A stretch of DNA of 63,833 nt, filler included, from a bacterium (lineage in GTDB: Bacteria; UBP18; UBA7526), in NCBI GenBank assembly GCA_030615855.1. It is 5 parts of 5 records of this genome, joined end to end, with 100 filler letters (N's around TTAATTAATTAA, not from the genome) between each part and the next. Parts side by side here need not be neighbours in the genome. Positions count along the whole stretch, not along the records: positions 38,167 to 54,771 come from JAUWYL010000023.1; positions 54,872 to 59,881 come from JAUWYL010000039.1; 3 more parts are not named here. One strand, 5' to 3'. Positions 47,402 to 56,238 of this stretch are shown one piece after another (position 1 is the first letter of the stretch; every line of letters starts with the position of its first letter). The position numbers and the translations under genes are program-made. The notes beneath the pieces are model-generated. The model was not told the origin of the DNA and did not search any database. It saw only the letters and a list, made by a program, of their open reading frames with translations.

Positions 47402-48280
47402 TTACAAAGATGAAGAAGGTTCGGGAGGTTTCTGCCCTCTTAACTTCTCTAAAATCCCCTCTAATTGCTCGCTGGAATAATACTCTATCTCAATCCTTCC
47501 CTTCTCTTCACTCACTGGCTTGATCCTAACCTTAGTCCCTAAAGCCTTGTTTAGCTCCTCCTCAACTGCCAGGATCTCCGGGGGTCTGGGAATCACCTTC
47601 TTCGGTGGAAGGACTACCTTTCCTTTTAATTTATTGACCAAATCCTCTGTTTCCCTCACAGATAATCCATTTCTCTTCACCTTCTTGACTGCCTTTATCT
47701 GTAAAGCCCGATTCTCAAGACTCAAGATTGCCAGTCCATGGCCCCGGGAGAGGTTTCCCTTAGAGATCTCCCCCTGGACCTCTTTCGGGAGTTTTAACAA
47801 TCTCAAGGTATTGGCTACCGTTGCCTGATCCTTTCCAATCTCCCTTGCTAAGTCCTCCTGCTTTATTTTGAACTCCTTTATTACCCTGCGATAGGCATAG
47901 GCCTCCTCCATGGGATTCAGATCCTCCCTCTGTAAGTTCTCAATGAGAGCCAGTTCGAGCATCTCAGTATCAGAGACTTCCCTCACAATCAAAGGAATCT
48001 TCTCCAAGCCCAGCCTCTTCGCTGCCCTAAGCCTTCTCTCCCCAGTAATTAGCTCATATCCTCCCTCTACCACCCTTGCCAGCACCGGTTGGATGACCCC
48101 CTTTTCTCTTATGGAAGAAACGAGTTCTTTCAACTTCTGAGGATCGAACTCCTCCCGTGGCTGGAACCTATTCGGCCTTATTGAGGACAATTTGGCCTCA
48201 ATAACATTCTCCTCCTTCACCGGTCCCACCTCTGGTATGAGAGCAGCCAGCCCTTTACCTAATGCCTTCTTAGCCATCAT
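47402..48280 (-). CDS. parB: Chromosome partitioning protein ParB
   Basis: ALGKGL, QPR, GERRLRA, ENLQREDL, HTH. Confidence 0.96.
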   Translation of the reverse strand: MMAKKALGKGLAALIPEVGPVKEENVIEAKLSSIRPNRFQPREEFDPQKLKELVSSIREKGVIQPVLARVVEGGYELITGERRLRAAKRLGLEKIPLIVREVSDTEMLELALIENLQREDLNPMEEAYAYRRVIKEFKIKQEDLAREIGKDQATVANTLRLLKLPKEVQGEISKGNLSRGHGLAILSLENRALQIKAVKKVKRNGLSVRETEDLVNKLKGKVVLPPKKVIPRPPEILAVEEELNKALGTKVRIKPVSEEKGRIEIEYYSSEQLEGILEKLRGQKPPEPSSSL

Positions 48281-48345
48281 TAACCTCCTAATAGTCTCTT
48301 TATCGTTAGCCAGTTTACCAGTTTTTCAGTTAACCGGCAAACAAA

Positions 48346-49113
48346 TTATTCTTTAGACTGTGCAATAATCTCTCTGGCAAATTTCTTGTATGCTTTTGCT
48401 CCCGCACAATGTCTATCGTACAGCGATATCGGTTTTCCAAAACTCGGTGCCTCTGAAAGCCTAACATTCCTCGGAATAACTGTTTTGTAAACTTTATCTC
48501 CGAAGTATTCCTTTACTTCTGCCGCTACCTGATGGGATAAGTTCGTCCTGGTATCAAACATAGTGAGTAATACCCCGGCCAACTTTAAAGATGGATTATA
48601 ATTCCTCTGGATTAAACCAATGGTATTCAGTAGTTGGCCTAATCCTTCCAAAGGATAGTACTCACACTGCATGGGAACGATGACCTCATCAGAAGCGGTT
48701 AAAGTATTTATGGTCAAAAGCCCTAAAGAAGGAGGACAATCGACGATATTGTAATCGTATCTTTCCTTAATATTCCCCAATGCTCTCTTGAGCAATGTCT
48801 CTCGAGATTCTAAATTTACCAGCTCTATCTGAGCACCAGAGAGCTGGATATTTGAAGGGACAAGATCCAAGTTCCTTATCTGGGTGGGTAGAAGGACCCT
48901 TTCTATCGGTCTATGGGCGATTAATACCTCATAGATAGAGTGCTCCACTCTATTCTTATCTATACCCACACCACTCGTTGTATTCCCCTGGGGATCGATG
49001 TCTATTAAGAGCGTTTTCCGACGATGGCTAGCTAAATAAGCAGCTAAATTAACAGCGGTGGTAGTCTTTCCCACTCCGCCCTTCTGATTGACAATAGCAT
49101 AGACCTTTCCCAT
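48346..49113 (-). CDS. parA: ParA/Soj ATPase
   Basis: NQKGGVGKTTT, DIDPQGN, DCPPSLG, PRNVRLSEAPS. Confidence 0.97.
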   Translation of the reverse strand: MGKVYAIVNQKGGVGKTTTAVNLAAYLASHRRKTLLIDIDPQGNTTSGVGIDKNRVEHSIYEVLIAHRPIERVLLPTQIRNLDLVPSNIQLSGAQIELVNLESRETLLKRALGNIKERYDYNIVDCPPSLGLLTINTLTASDEVIVPMQCEYYPLEGLGQLLNTIGLIQRNYNPSLKLAGVLLTMFDTRTNLSHQVAAEVKEYFGDKVYKTVIPRNVRLSEAPSFGKPISLYDRHCAGAKAYKKFAREIIAQSKE

Positions 49114-49155
49114 TTCATCCACCTAGATAAGCCTCACTCCACTCAGCAATCTTCA

Positions 49156-49253
49156 CAGATTAGCACAGATTGACTAAACTGATTAGCACGGATTTAGTGA
49201 TAAGAATCAGTGCTAATCCGTATCTTTTAGTCCGTGCCCATCCGTGTAACTAT
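49156..49253. repeat. 98-bp GATTAGCAC/GTGCTAATC hairpin repeat, copy 1
   Basis: Nearly identical to 51099-51196. Confidence 0.9.
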
Positions 49254-49347
49254 CAAAATTCCAAAGCTTAAATCCATTCTAACACAAAAATAACGAAAAG
49301 CAAGAAAAAAATCTCTACCGCGATTAAACGGCAGGGGATTCATAAAA

Positions 49348-49363
49348 TATTCCACGTGGAATA
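49348..49363. promoter_or_regulatory. parS-like centromere site (variant)
   Basis: Perfect palindrome TATTCCACGTGGAATA upstream of parA. Confidence 0.8.
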
Positions 49364-49469
49364 TTCTGAAGAGTTTACAGTTACCAGTTTACAGTAACCA
49401 GTTTTTTACTGTTAACTGTTCGCTGGTTACTGGTTACTTTTGAGACCACCGATCACCGATTACTGATTA

Positions 49470-50258
49470 TTATCTCAAGGGCCTCTTCTGAGGGATTCCT
49501 GAACAGCGGGGGAATCTATGGGGTGTTTCCAATATCTTCTCAATAATTACTAATTTTCTCAATTTACGGGAGAAGGGGAGTTTTAAAGAGATAATCCCTT
49601 TTAGATCTCCTCCTAATATCTCAATGGCCTTCCTCGCTTCTTCCAGTTCCTTACCTAAATTCTGGCCTTTTTGAGCGATGAATAGACCTCTAATTTTTAA
49701 GAAGGGGATTCCCAACTCAACGAGGATATTTAACCTTGCTAATGCCCGGGCTAAGACTATATCATATCTTTCTCGATATCCTTCCTTTCTTCCATACTCT
49801 TCTGCCCGGCCCCAGATTATCTCTAAGTCCTTTAGTCGCAAGGACTTAGAGAGATATCTCAAGAACTCTATCCTCTTTCTTGAAGAGTCAAGAAGCGATA
49901 GGGAAATCTGAGGTTTTAGAATCTTCAGAGGAATTCCAGGGAATCCAGCACCAGTCCCGATGTCTATAACTCTAATAAGAACCTGACCTTTGGGCAGAAC
50001 CTTGTTACTTTGTAAGTTAAAGTTCGGGTAGGGCGTAATAGGACCAATCTCTTCTATTCCTTTGATAATTGTCAGGGAATCCAAAAAGTGGGTAATGATG
50101 ATCTCTCTTGGATCCTTAAGAGAAGTTAGGTTCATCCTCTTGTTCCAATTCCGGAGGATCTCTAAATAGGTGAGAAACTGTTTGACCTGCCTCTCACTTA
50201 ACTCAAGCCCTAACTCTTCTGCTCCGTCAACAAGGATCTTCTTTAATTTGCTTGACAT
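49470..50258 (-). CDS. rsmG: 16S rRNA m7G527 methyltransferase with an about 20-aa insertion
   Basis: WNKRMNLT, HFLDSL, DIGTGAGFPG, RAE, ARA; located between mnmG and parA. Confidence 0.95.
   Translation of the reverse strand: MSSKLKKILVDGAEELGLELSERQVKQFLTYLEILRNWNKRMNLTSLKDPREIIITHFLDSLTIIKGIEEIGPITPYPNFNLQSNKVLPKGQVLIRVIDIGTGAGFPGIPLKILKPQISLSLLDSSRKRIEFLRYLSKSLRLKDLEIIWGRAEEYGRKEGYRERYDIVLARALARLNILVELGIPFLKIRGLFIAQKGQNLGKELEEARKAIEILGGDLKGIISLKLPFSRKLRKLVIIEKILETPHRFPRCSGIPQKRPLR
49974..50030 (-). repeat. Diverged copy 3 of the 63-bp element, in frame in rsmG
   Basis: aataagaacctgac...cagaaccttgtt...aagttc blocks conserved. Confidence 0.7.
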
Positions 50259-50265
50259 CTGATTT

Positions 50266-50281
50266 TATTCCACGTGGAATA
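50266..50281. promoter_or_regulatory. parS-like site, second identical copy
   Basis: TATTCCACGTGGAATA just upstream of rsmG. Confidence 0.8.
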
Positions 50282-50438
50282 AACGCCTTCGGCGTAAATC
50301 CCAAATTACAAACCCCAAATCACAAACAATCACCAATTACCAAATAACCAATGAACCAAACAGATTGTATCTTGTATCTGCTCAATCTATCCTCTGCTTA
50401 CTTTCCCACCTGCCCTGTATCGTCCCTCGTCCCACCGA

Positions 50439-50966
50439 TCACTGTCTTAGTTGCTCCATATAGATTTTTCGGATATGGTTGAAGATTTTGATATATTCCT
50501 TCGTCCTATAATCGGGATAGGTCCACTCCCAGGGAGTGAAACTCCCTTTCTTGTATCTCAAGGTTACTTCTCCATAGATCCCCTTTTCATAGTATATTCG
50601 GTGCTGATAATCCTTTGTAGTGGCCAAAACTAACTTGGCCGGAGCGAGATATCCCGGATCCAAGTTGATCAAACGATTCCCTCTTTTATCACCAAACCTT
50701 TTCTCTAAGTTATTGGTGAGTATCTTAATCCTGGGCAATTCCTCTGCCTTAATCAGTCTCTTAAAAGAGTAAAACTTTCTCTCCAAATCCTTCCCGAACT
50801 CTTCTTCATAGTAATCCGTCCTATCGAAGGGAAGCAGGGGACTCTCATAATCTACCGGCCCGAACCTCTTCTTCAATGCTCTCAAGGCTCCTTGAAAGAG
50901 TTCTGGCCTATTAGTAAACATCCCTATTACTAGTTTTACTGGTCTATGCTCTTTTACTTTGCCCAC
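50439..50966 (-). CDS. DUF4416-family protein
   Basis: TDYYEEEFG, NLDPGYL, LATTKDYQHRIY, WTYPDY; GTG start. Confidence 0.85.
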   Translation of the reverse strand: MGKVKEHRPVKLVIGMFTNRPELFQGALRALKKRFGPVDYESPLLPFDRTDYYEEEFGKDLERKFYSFKRLIKAEELPRIKILTNNLEKRFGDKRGNRLINLDPGYLAPAKLVLATTKDYQHRIYYEKGIYGEVTLRYKKGSFTPWEWTYPDYRTKEYIKIFNHIRKIYMEQLRQ

Positions 50967-51019
50967 TCTTCTTCCTTTCTCCTCTCGCAAGATAAGCCTC
51001 ACTTCGTTTGGCAATTTCA

Positions 51020-51094
51020 CCCCGCACCTTTTAAATATTCAGAATTTCCTGAATACTTAAATAATGCCTTTATGAATGCTAAAAAGGTGCGGGG
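51020..51094. mobile_element. MITE-like element with CCCCGCACCTTTT termini
   Basis: 13-bp terminal inverted repeat; inverted homologue at 55987-56064. Confidence 0.65.
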
Positions 51095-51098
51095 CAAG

Positions 51099-51196
51099 CA
51101 GATTAGCACAGATTGACTAAACTGATTAGCACGGATTTAGCAATGAGCATCAGTGCTAATCCGTATCTTTTAATCCGTGCCCATCCGTGTAACTAT
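51099..51196. repeat. 98-bp hairpin repeat, copy 2
   Basis: Matches 49156-49253. Confidence 0.9.
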
Positions 51197-53094
51197 TCAA
51201 ATTTCCAACGCTTTAAATAAACCAAGAGTAAGGAGATATCAGAGGGGTTTACTCCCGAGATTCTCGATGCCTGACCGATGGAGACGGGCCTTATGCTATT
51301 CAGCTTCTCCTTAGATTCAATCCTCAGTCCCTCTAGTTTAGAATAATTGAAGTCAAGGGGGATTCTCTTTTCCTCAAGCCTCTTAAATTTTTCTATCTGC
51401 TCCAATTCTCTTTTAATATAACCCTCATACTTCAGGGCAATCTCCACTCCTTGGGCAACCTCAGAAGATATTTTCCTCTCGTCCTCATCGATCTTGACAA
51501 GGTCTTTATATCTCGCCTCTGGCCTCTTAAGAATCTGTGATAGGGAAGTATCCTCCTTTATGGAATCTGTCCCCAGTTTCTTTAAGAGATTATTTACCCT
51601 TCTAGTCGGCCGGGCGAGACTCTTCCTCAACCTTTTGATCTCTTTTTCTATTTGAGTATACTTTCTCTGACATCTCTCATAGTCCTTTCGAGAGACAAGG
51701 CCGAACCTGTGACCATACTTCATGAGTCTCTGGTCGGCATTGTCGCACCTCAGGATCAACCTATGCTCTGCCCGGGAAGTGAACATGCGATAGGGCTCCC
51801 TTGTTCCCTTAGTCACTAAATCATCGATTAAGACGCCAATATAGGCTTCGGATCTATCGAGAATAAAGGTCTCTTTCCCTCGAATCTTCAATACCGCATT
51901 TATTCCTGCCATTAAACCCTGGGCAGCAGCCTCTTCATATCCCGAGGTTCCATTGATCTGTCCAACAAGGAAAAGGTTTTTAACCCTCTTTGTTTCAAGG
52001 GAGGGTTTTAGCTGAGTAGGAGGAACGAAGTCATACTCAATGGCATATCCTGGCTTGGTAATCTCGACCTTCTCCAGGCCCTTCACGGTGTGCAGGGCTT
52101 CAAGCTGTACTCTTTCAGAAAATCCAGTGAAAAAGCCGTTCACATAGTATTCAGTAGTATCCCTTCCCTCTGGCTCTAGGAATATCTGATGCCTCTTCTT
52201 CTCTGGGAATCGGGCAATCTTCTCCTCAATAGAGGGGCAGTATCTCGGTGGAAGGCCCCTTGCTTTACCAGTGATAAGAGGGGAATCTCTTAAATTCTTC
52301 TTAATTACCCTGTGAGTAGCATCATTTGTGAAGGCGAGGTAGCAGGGGATTTGCTTGGTTTCGATCTCTTTAGTTGAGAAAGAAAGGGGCGGTGGGGGAG
52401 TATCTCCAGGCTGTTTAATCAGTTTACTGAAATTGACCGTCTTTCCCTCGATCCTGGGAGGGGTGCAGGTATTGAGCCTGCCCAACTTTAAGCCGATATC
52501 TTTTAGGCTATCAGAGAGTCTATCGGCAGGGAATTCACCCATCCTTCCCGCAGGAAAGGATACTTTACCCATTAAGATTAAACCCCTTAAGAAGGTCCCT
52601 GTTGCTAAGATGATTGCTTTTCCCTTATATTCTATCCCTGTCTGAGTTTTGATCCCGATCGCTTTCTTACCTTTGACTATGATTTTCTCTACTAAGCCCT
52701 GTGTGAGATTAAGATTCTTCTCTTTCTTCAAGACCTTTCTCATGCTTATCCTATAATCTCTTCTATCTGCCTGGGCGCGTGGGGCTTGAACCGCTGGCCC
52801 CTTCTTGGTATTGAGCATCCGGAACTGAATCCCAGTCCTATCGATATTCCTGGCCATCTTTCCACCAAGAGCGTCTATCTCCCGGACGAGATGGCTTTTA
52901 CCCAATCCTCCGATGGCTGGATTACAGGACATATGGGCAATATTATCTAAGTTTGAAGTTATTAGTAGTGCCCTCGTTCCCATCCTTGATGAGGCCAAAG
53001 CGGCCTCACAACCAGCATGCCCCCCACCGATAACGATAACATCGTACTCTTTTTTAAAGGTGCGGAAAGAAACTTTTTTATATTTAGCCATCAT
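51193..53094 (-). CDS. mnmG: tRNA uridine-5-carboxymethylaminomethyl enzyme MnmG
   Basis: GGGHAGCEAA, MSCNPAIGG, PRYCPSIE, GQINGTSGYEEAAAQG. Confidence 0.97.
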   Translation of the reverse strand: MMAKYKKVSFRTFKKEYDVIVIGGGHAGCEAALASSRMGTRALLITSNLDNIAHMSCNPAIGGLGKSHLVREIDALGGKMARNIDRTGIQFRMLNTKKGPAVQAPRAQADRRDYRISMRKVLKKEKNLNLTQGLVEKIIVKGKKAIGIKTQTGIEYKGKAIILATGTFLRGLILMGKVSFPAGRMGEFPADRLSDSLKDIGLKLGRLNTCTPPRIEGKTVNFSKLIKQPGDTPPPPLSFSTKEIETKQIPCYLAFTNDATHRVIKKNLRDSPLITGKARGLPPRYCPSIEEKIARFPEKKRHQIFLEPEGRDTTEYYVNGFFTGFSERVQLEALHTVKGLEKVEITKPGYAIEYDFVPPTQLKPSLETKRVKNLFLVGQINGTSGYEEAAAQGLMAGINAVLKIRGKETFILDRSEAYIGVLIDDLVTKGTREPYRMFTSRAEHRLILRCDNADQRLMKYGHRFGLVSRKDYERCQRKYTQIEKEIKRLRKSLARPTRRVNNLLKKLGTDSIKEDTSLSQILKRPEARYKDLVKIDEDERKISSEVAQGVEIALKYEGYIKRELEQIEKFKRLEEKRIPLDFNYSKLEGLRIESKEKLNSIRPVSIGQASRISGVNPSDISLLLVYLKRWKFE

Positions 53095-53207
53095 TTTTCC
53101 TTTTTCCTTAATTAGTATTCCCGAATTCCCGGGCTATTCTGGCTTTAGCCGGAATCCCGCTTCAGCGGGCCATGCGGGAATGAAATATTTTCTTTTGATA
53201 AAAGTTT

Positions 53208-54578
53208 TTACTTGCCGATGCAAAACTGAGAGAAGATCTCATCCAGGATATCCTCAGTCACTGTCTTTCCCGTAATCTCGCCCAGGCTATCCAGGGTTGC
53301 CTTGAGATCAAGAGAGATAAACTCTGCTGACATATTCTTCTTAATACTCTCTATCATATTCTCCAGACTTTTTCTCGTTCTTCCTAAAGCATCCTTATGT
53401 CGGATATTAGTCACTAGTGTCCTATCAGAAGGAGCAACTCCTCCTTCGAAAATAAGGTCGATAACGAATTTTTCTAATCTTCCTAACCCAGTCTTCTTTG
53501 TTGCCGAGACTTTTAGTACTCTCTTATCATGTAAAATCTTCTTTATCTCATCGGCTTCGATGACCTCGGGAAGGTCGGTCTTATTTATGACCACAATAAC
53601 CTTTTTATCTTTGACATCCCCCATTATCTTATGATCCTCTTTCGATAAGTGAGTAGCAGCATCCATGACAAGAAGGACAAGATCCGCTGTCTTCAGGGAC
53701 CTTCTTGTTCTGGCTATACTCTCCTTTTCAACGATCCCCTCTGCAGTAGTGAGGCCTGCGGTATCGATGATTTTTAGAGGAATCCCCTTTACATTGATGA
53801 TCTCCTCAATGATATCCCGGGTAGTCCCGGGAATTGAGGTCACAATGGCCCTCTTTTCTTTTAATAAGGCGTTGAGAAGACTCGATTTGCCCACATTTGG
53901 CCTTCCAATAATGACCGTCTTTATCCCTTCCCTCAGGACCTTACCTCTCTCGGCACCCTTCAGAAGTTTTCTTACCTCTCTTAAGACCTTCCTTGTCCTG
54001 AGAAGCATCTGAGGAGACTCAAGTCTCTCGATATCCTCTTCGGGAAAATCGATGGCTGCTTCGAGATGAGCGGAGAGATTAATAAGTTCCTGGCGAAGGC
54101 CCTCTATTTTAGAGGAAAGCTCTCCATCTAACTGATGAAGGGCAACCCTCAGGCCCATCTCTGTCTTAGCCCTAATGATGTCCACTACTGCCTCTGCCTG
54201 AGCCAAATCTATTCGTTCATTCAGAAAGGCCCTCTTAGTAAACTCCCCTGGCTCAGCCAATCTGGCCCCATTTGTCAGGCACGCCTCCAAGATCTTTCTT
54301 AAAGGGACGATCCCTCCGTGGCCACTGATCTCGATCATATTCTCTGCGGTGAAGGATCTGGGCTTCTTAAATATAGAGAGCATGACCTCGTCTATCCTCT
54401 CCTTGCTTTTAGGATCAATGATATGGCCGTGATGGATGGTATGGGAGGGGAGTCGGGAAACTTTCTTGGAGAATATCTTACTAGCAATAGAAAAGGCCCG
54501 AGGACCGCTTATTCTAACGATTCCCAGGCCTCCTTCACCGATGGGTGTGGATATGGCGGCGATGGTATCTTTTAACAT
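53208..54578 (-). CDS. mnmE: tRNA modification GTPase MnmE
   Basis: DTIAAIST, GEFTKRAF, GRPNVGKSS, GTTRD, FCIGK. Confidence 0.98.
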   Translation of the reverse strand: MLKDTIAAISTPIGEGGLGIVRISGPRAFSIASKIFSKKVSRLPSHTIHHGHIIDPKSKERIDEVMLSIFKKPRSFTAENMIEISGHGGIVPLRKILEACLTNGARLAEPGEFTKRAFLNERIDLAQAEAVVDIIRAKTEMGLRVALHQLDGELSSKIEGLRQELINLSAHLEAAIDFPEEDIERLESPQMLLRTRKVLREVRKLLKGAERGKVLREGIKTVIIGRPNVGKSSLLNALLKEKRAIVTSIPGTTRDIIEEIINVKGIPLKIIDTAGLTTAEGIVEKESIARTRRSLKTADLVLLVMDAATHLSKEDHKIMGDVKDKKVIVVINKTDLPEVIEADEIKKILHDKRVLKVSATKKTGLGRLEKFVIDLIFEGGVAPSDRTLVTNIRHKDALGRTRKSLENMIESIKKNMSAEFISLDLKATLDSLGEITGKTVTEDILDEIFSQFCIGK

Positions 54579-54591
54579 GAAATCTCCGAGG

Positions 54592-54771
54592 TTAAACTTC
54601 CTGTTCCTTGCCTTTTATTCCCTTAGGAACGATGACTACCTGCCTCTCAATCCCTTCCCCTACGCTCTCAGTCTCAACATCCGGGTCTTCTGCCAAGGTG
54701 GTATGGATGATTCTTCTCTCATAGGGGTTCATGGGCTCAAGGAAAACCTCCGTATTCTCCTCCTTTGCCCT
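54592..54771 (-). CDS. jag: Jag/EloR C-terminal R3H domain fragment
   Basis: Manual translation: [31 protein letters not shown]; canonical position before mnmE. Confidence 0.88.
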   Translation of the reverse strand, partial: RAKEENTEVFLEPMNPYERRIIHTTLAEDPDVETESVGEGIERQVVIVPKGIKGKEQEV

Positions 54772-54871
54772 NNNNNNNNNNNNNNNNNNNNNNNNNNNNN
54801 NNNNNNNNNNNNNNNTTAATTAATTAANNNNNNNNNNNNNNNNNNNNNNNNNNNNNNNNNNNNNNNNNNNN
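54772..54871. other. Contig linker
   Basis: N44-TTAATTAATTAA-N44. Confidence 0.97.
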
Positions 54872-54873
54872 TA

Positions 54874-55986
54874 ATTAAATTCCTGCGAGAAATCATCGCC
54901 ATTCCCAGTCCTTCGGGGGAAGAGGAAAAGGTTGCTAAACGCATTGCCCGGGAGATGAGAAGAGTGGGATTCGATGAGGTTCTCATCGATGAACTGGGAA
55001 GTGTTGTGGGAAAAATTGGTAAGGGAAGAATTAAAATCCTCTATGATGCCCACATAGATACCGTTGATATCGGCAATAGAAGTAAGTGGTCCTTCGATCC
55101 CTATGAAGGAAAATATGAAAAAGGGATTATCTATGGCCGGGGAGCCTGCGATGATAAGGGCTGTGTAGCATCCATGCTCTATGGAGGGAGACTGATCAAG
55201 GAGTTGGAATTAGAAGAAGACTATACTCTATACTTTACAGCGAGCGTAAGGGAAGAGATTCACGAGGGATTGGCTTTGAGCCACGTCATAGAGAAGAAAA
55301 GAATTAGGCCAGATTATGTCCTTATTGGCGAGCCTTCTGGCCTAAATATTGGTTATGGGCACAAGGGAAGAATAGAGTTAAAAATCACTGCTAGAGGTAG
55401 ATCCTGCCACGCCGCTACTCCGGAAAGGGGGAAAAACGCTATCTATGAGATGGCACCCATTGTCTCCAGAATAGAAAGACTGAATAAAAGATTGAAAGCA
55501 AGAGAACCTCTGGGTAAAGGAATGATTGCGGTTACCAGGATTGAGACAGAAAATACCTCTCTAAATACTGTTCCTGATGATTGCGCTATCTATCTTGATA
55601 GAAGAACAACTTTGGGAGAAACAAAGAGAAAAGTTATTCAAGAATTAAAATCCATACTGGGTGGTTCGAAGGCTAAGGTAGAGGTCCTTAAGCATGAGAA
55701 TGGGGATGAGAAGTACTATCCAGAGTGGATATTAGATGAAGACCATCCTCTAATTTTGGTCGGAGTTGAGACTTACAAGACTCTATTTGGTAAAAGACCT
55801 AAGATAAGGACCTGGCCCTTCTGCACTAATGGTTCCTATACCATGGGAATGAAGAGAATACCCACCATGGGCTTTGGCCCCGGTGACCCAAGATATGCTC
55901 ATTCCGTAGATGAGAGAATAGAAGCAAATGATTTAGTGCCGGCTACTGCCTTTTACGCTCTATTCCCTTCTGTTCTTTCCTCTTGA
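54874..55986 (+). CDS. M20/ArgE-family amidohydrolase, YgeY-like, 5'-truncated
   Basis: Frame open from the gap; DAHIDTV, GRGACDDKG, VREE, GEPS, SCHA, FCTNG, GFGPG..AH. Confidence 0.85.
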   Translation: MKFLREIIAIPSPSGEEEKVAKRIAREMRRVGFDEVLIDELGSVVGKIGKGRIKILYDAHIDTVDIGNRSKWSFDPYEGKYEKGIIYGRGACDDKGCVASMLYGGRLIKELELEEDYTLYFTASVREEIHEGLALSHVIEKKRIRPDYVLIGEPSGLNIGYGHKGRIELKITARGRSCHAATPERGKNAIYEMAPIVSRIERLNKRLKAREPLGKGMIAVTRIETENTSLNTVPDDCAIYLDRRTTLGETKRKVIQELKSILGGSKAKVEVLKHENGDEKYYPEWILDEDHPLILVGVETYKTLFGKRPKIRTWPFCTNGSYTMGMKRIPTMGFGPGDPRYAHSVDERIEANDLVPATAFYALFPSVLSS

Positions 55987-56064
55987 CCCCGCACCTTTTT
56001 AGCATTCATATTGACTTTTTAAAATAATTCTCTACGGCTTCTTGAATATATAAAAGGTGCGGGG
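55987..56064. mobile_element. MITE-like CCCCGCACC element, inverted copy
   Basis: Reverse complement shares both ends with 51020-51094. Confidence 0.65.
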
Positions 56065-56093
56065 TTGACAAAAGAGGATAAATTCAATATAAT
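56065..56093 (+). promoter_or_regulatory. Sigma70 promoter of the transcarbamylase operon
   Basis: TTGACA-17-TATAAT, perfect consensus. Confidence 0.85.
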
Positions 56094-56238
56094 CTTTACT
56101 GAGGAGGTGATGGAGACACGAATCTACACGAACTGCAAAGCAAAAGCAGGAAGTAAATTAAACGCGAATCAACGCGGATCTGTGATCTGTGCAAATCTGT
56201 AATCAATCTGTGATGATCCGTGTATAAAGGAGGTAAGT

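Noticed and set aside
46405-51020. Long N-terminal extensions in the ORF track (M23 from 47229, DUF4416 from 51020; also Fur from 12099 and YggS from 1370)
   Set aside because: They run through repeats, promoters or neighbouring genes; downstream starts fit family length and mostly have an RBS.
47402-54771. oriC within the parAB-mnmG-mnmE-jag region
   Set aside because: Gene order suggests origin proximity, but I saw no DnaA-box cluster and the contig ends in jag.
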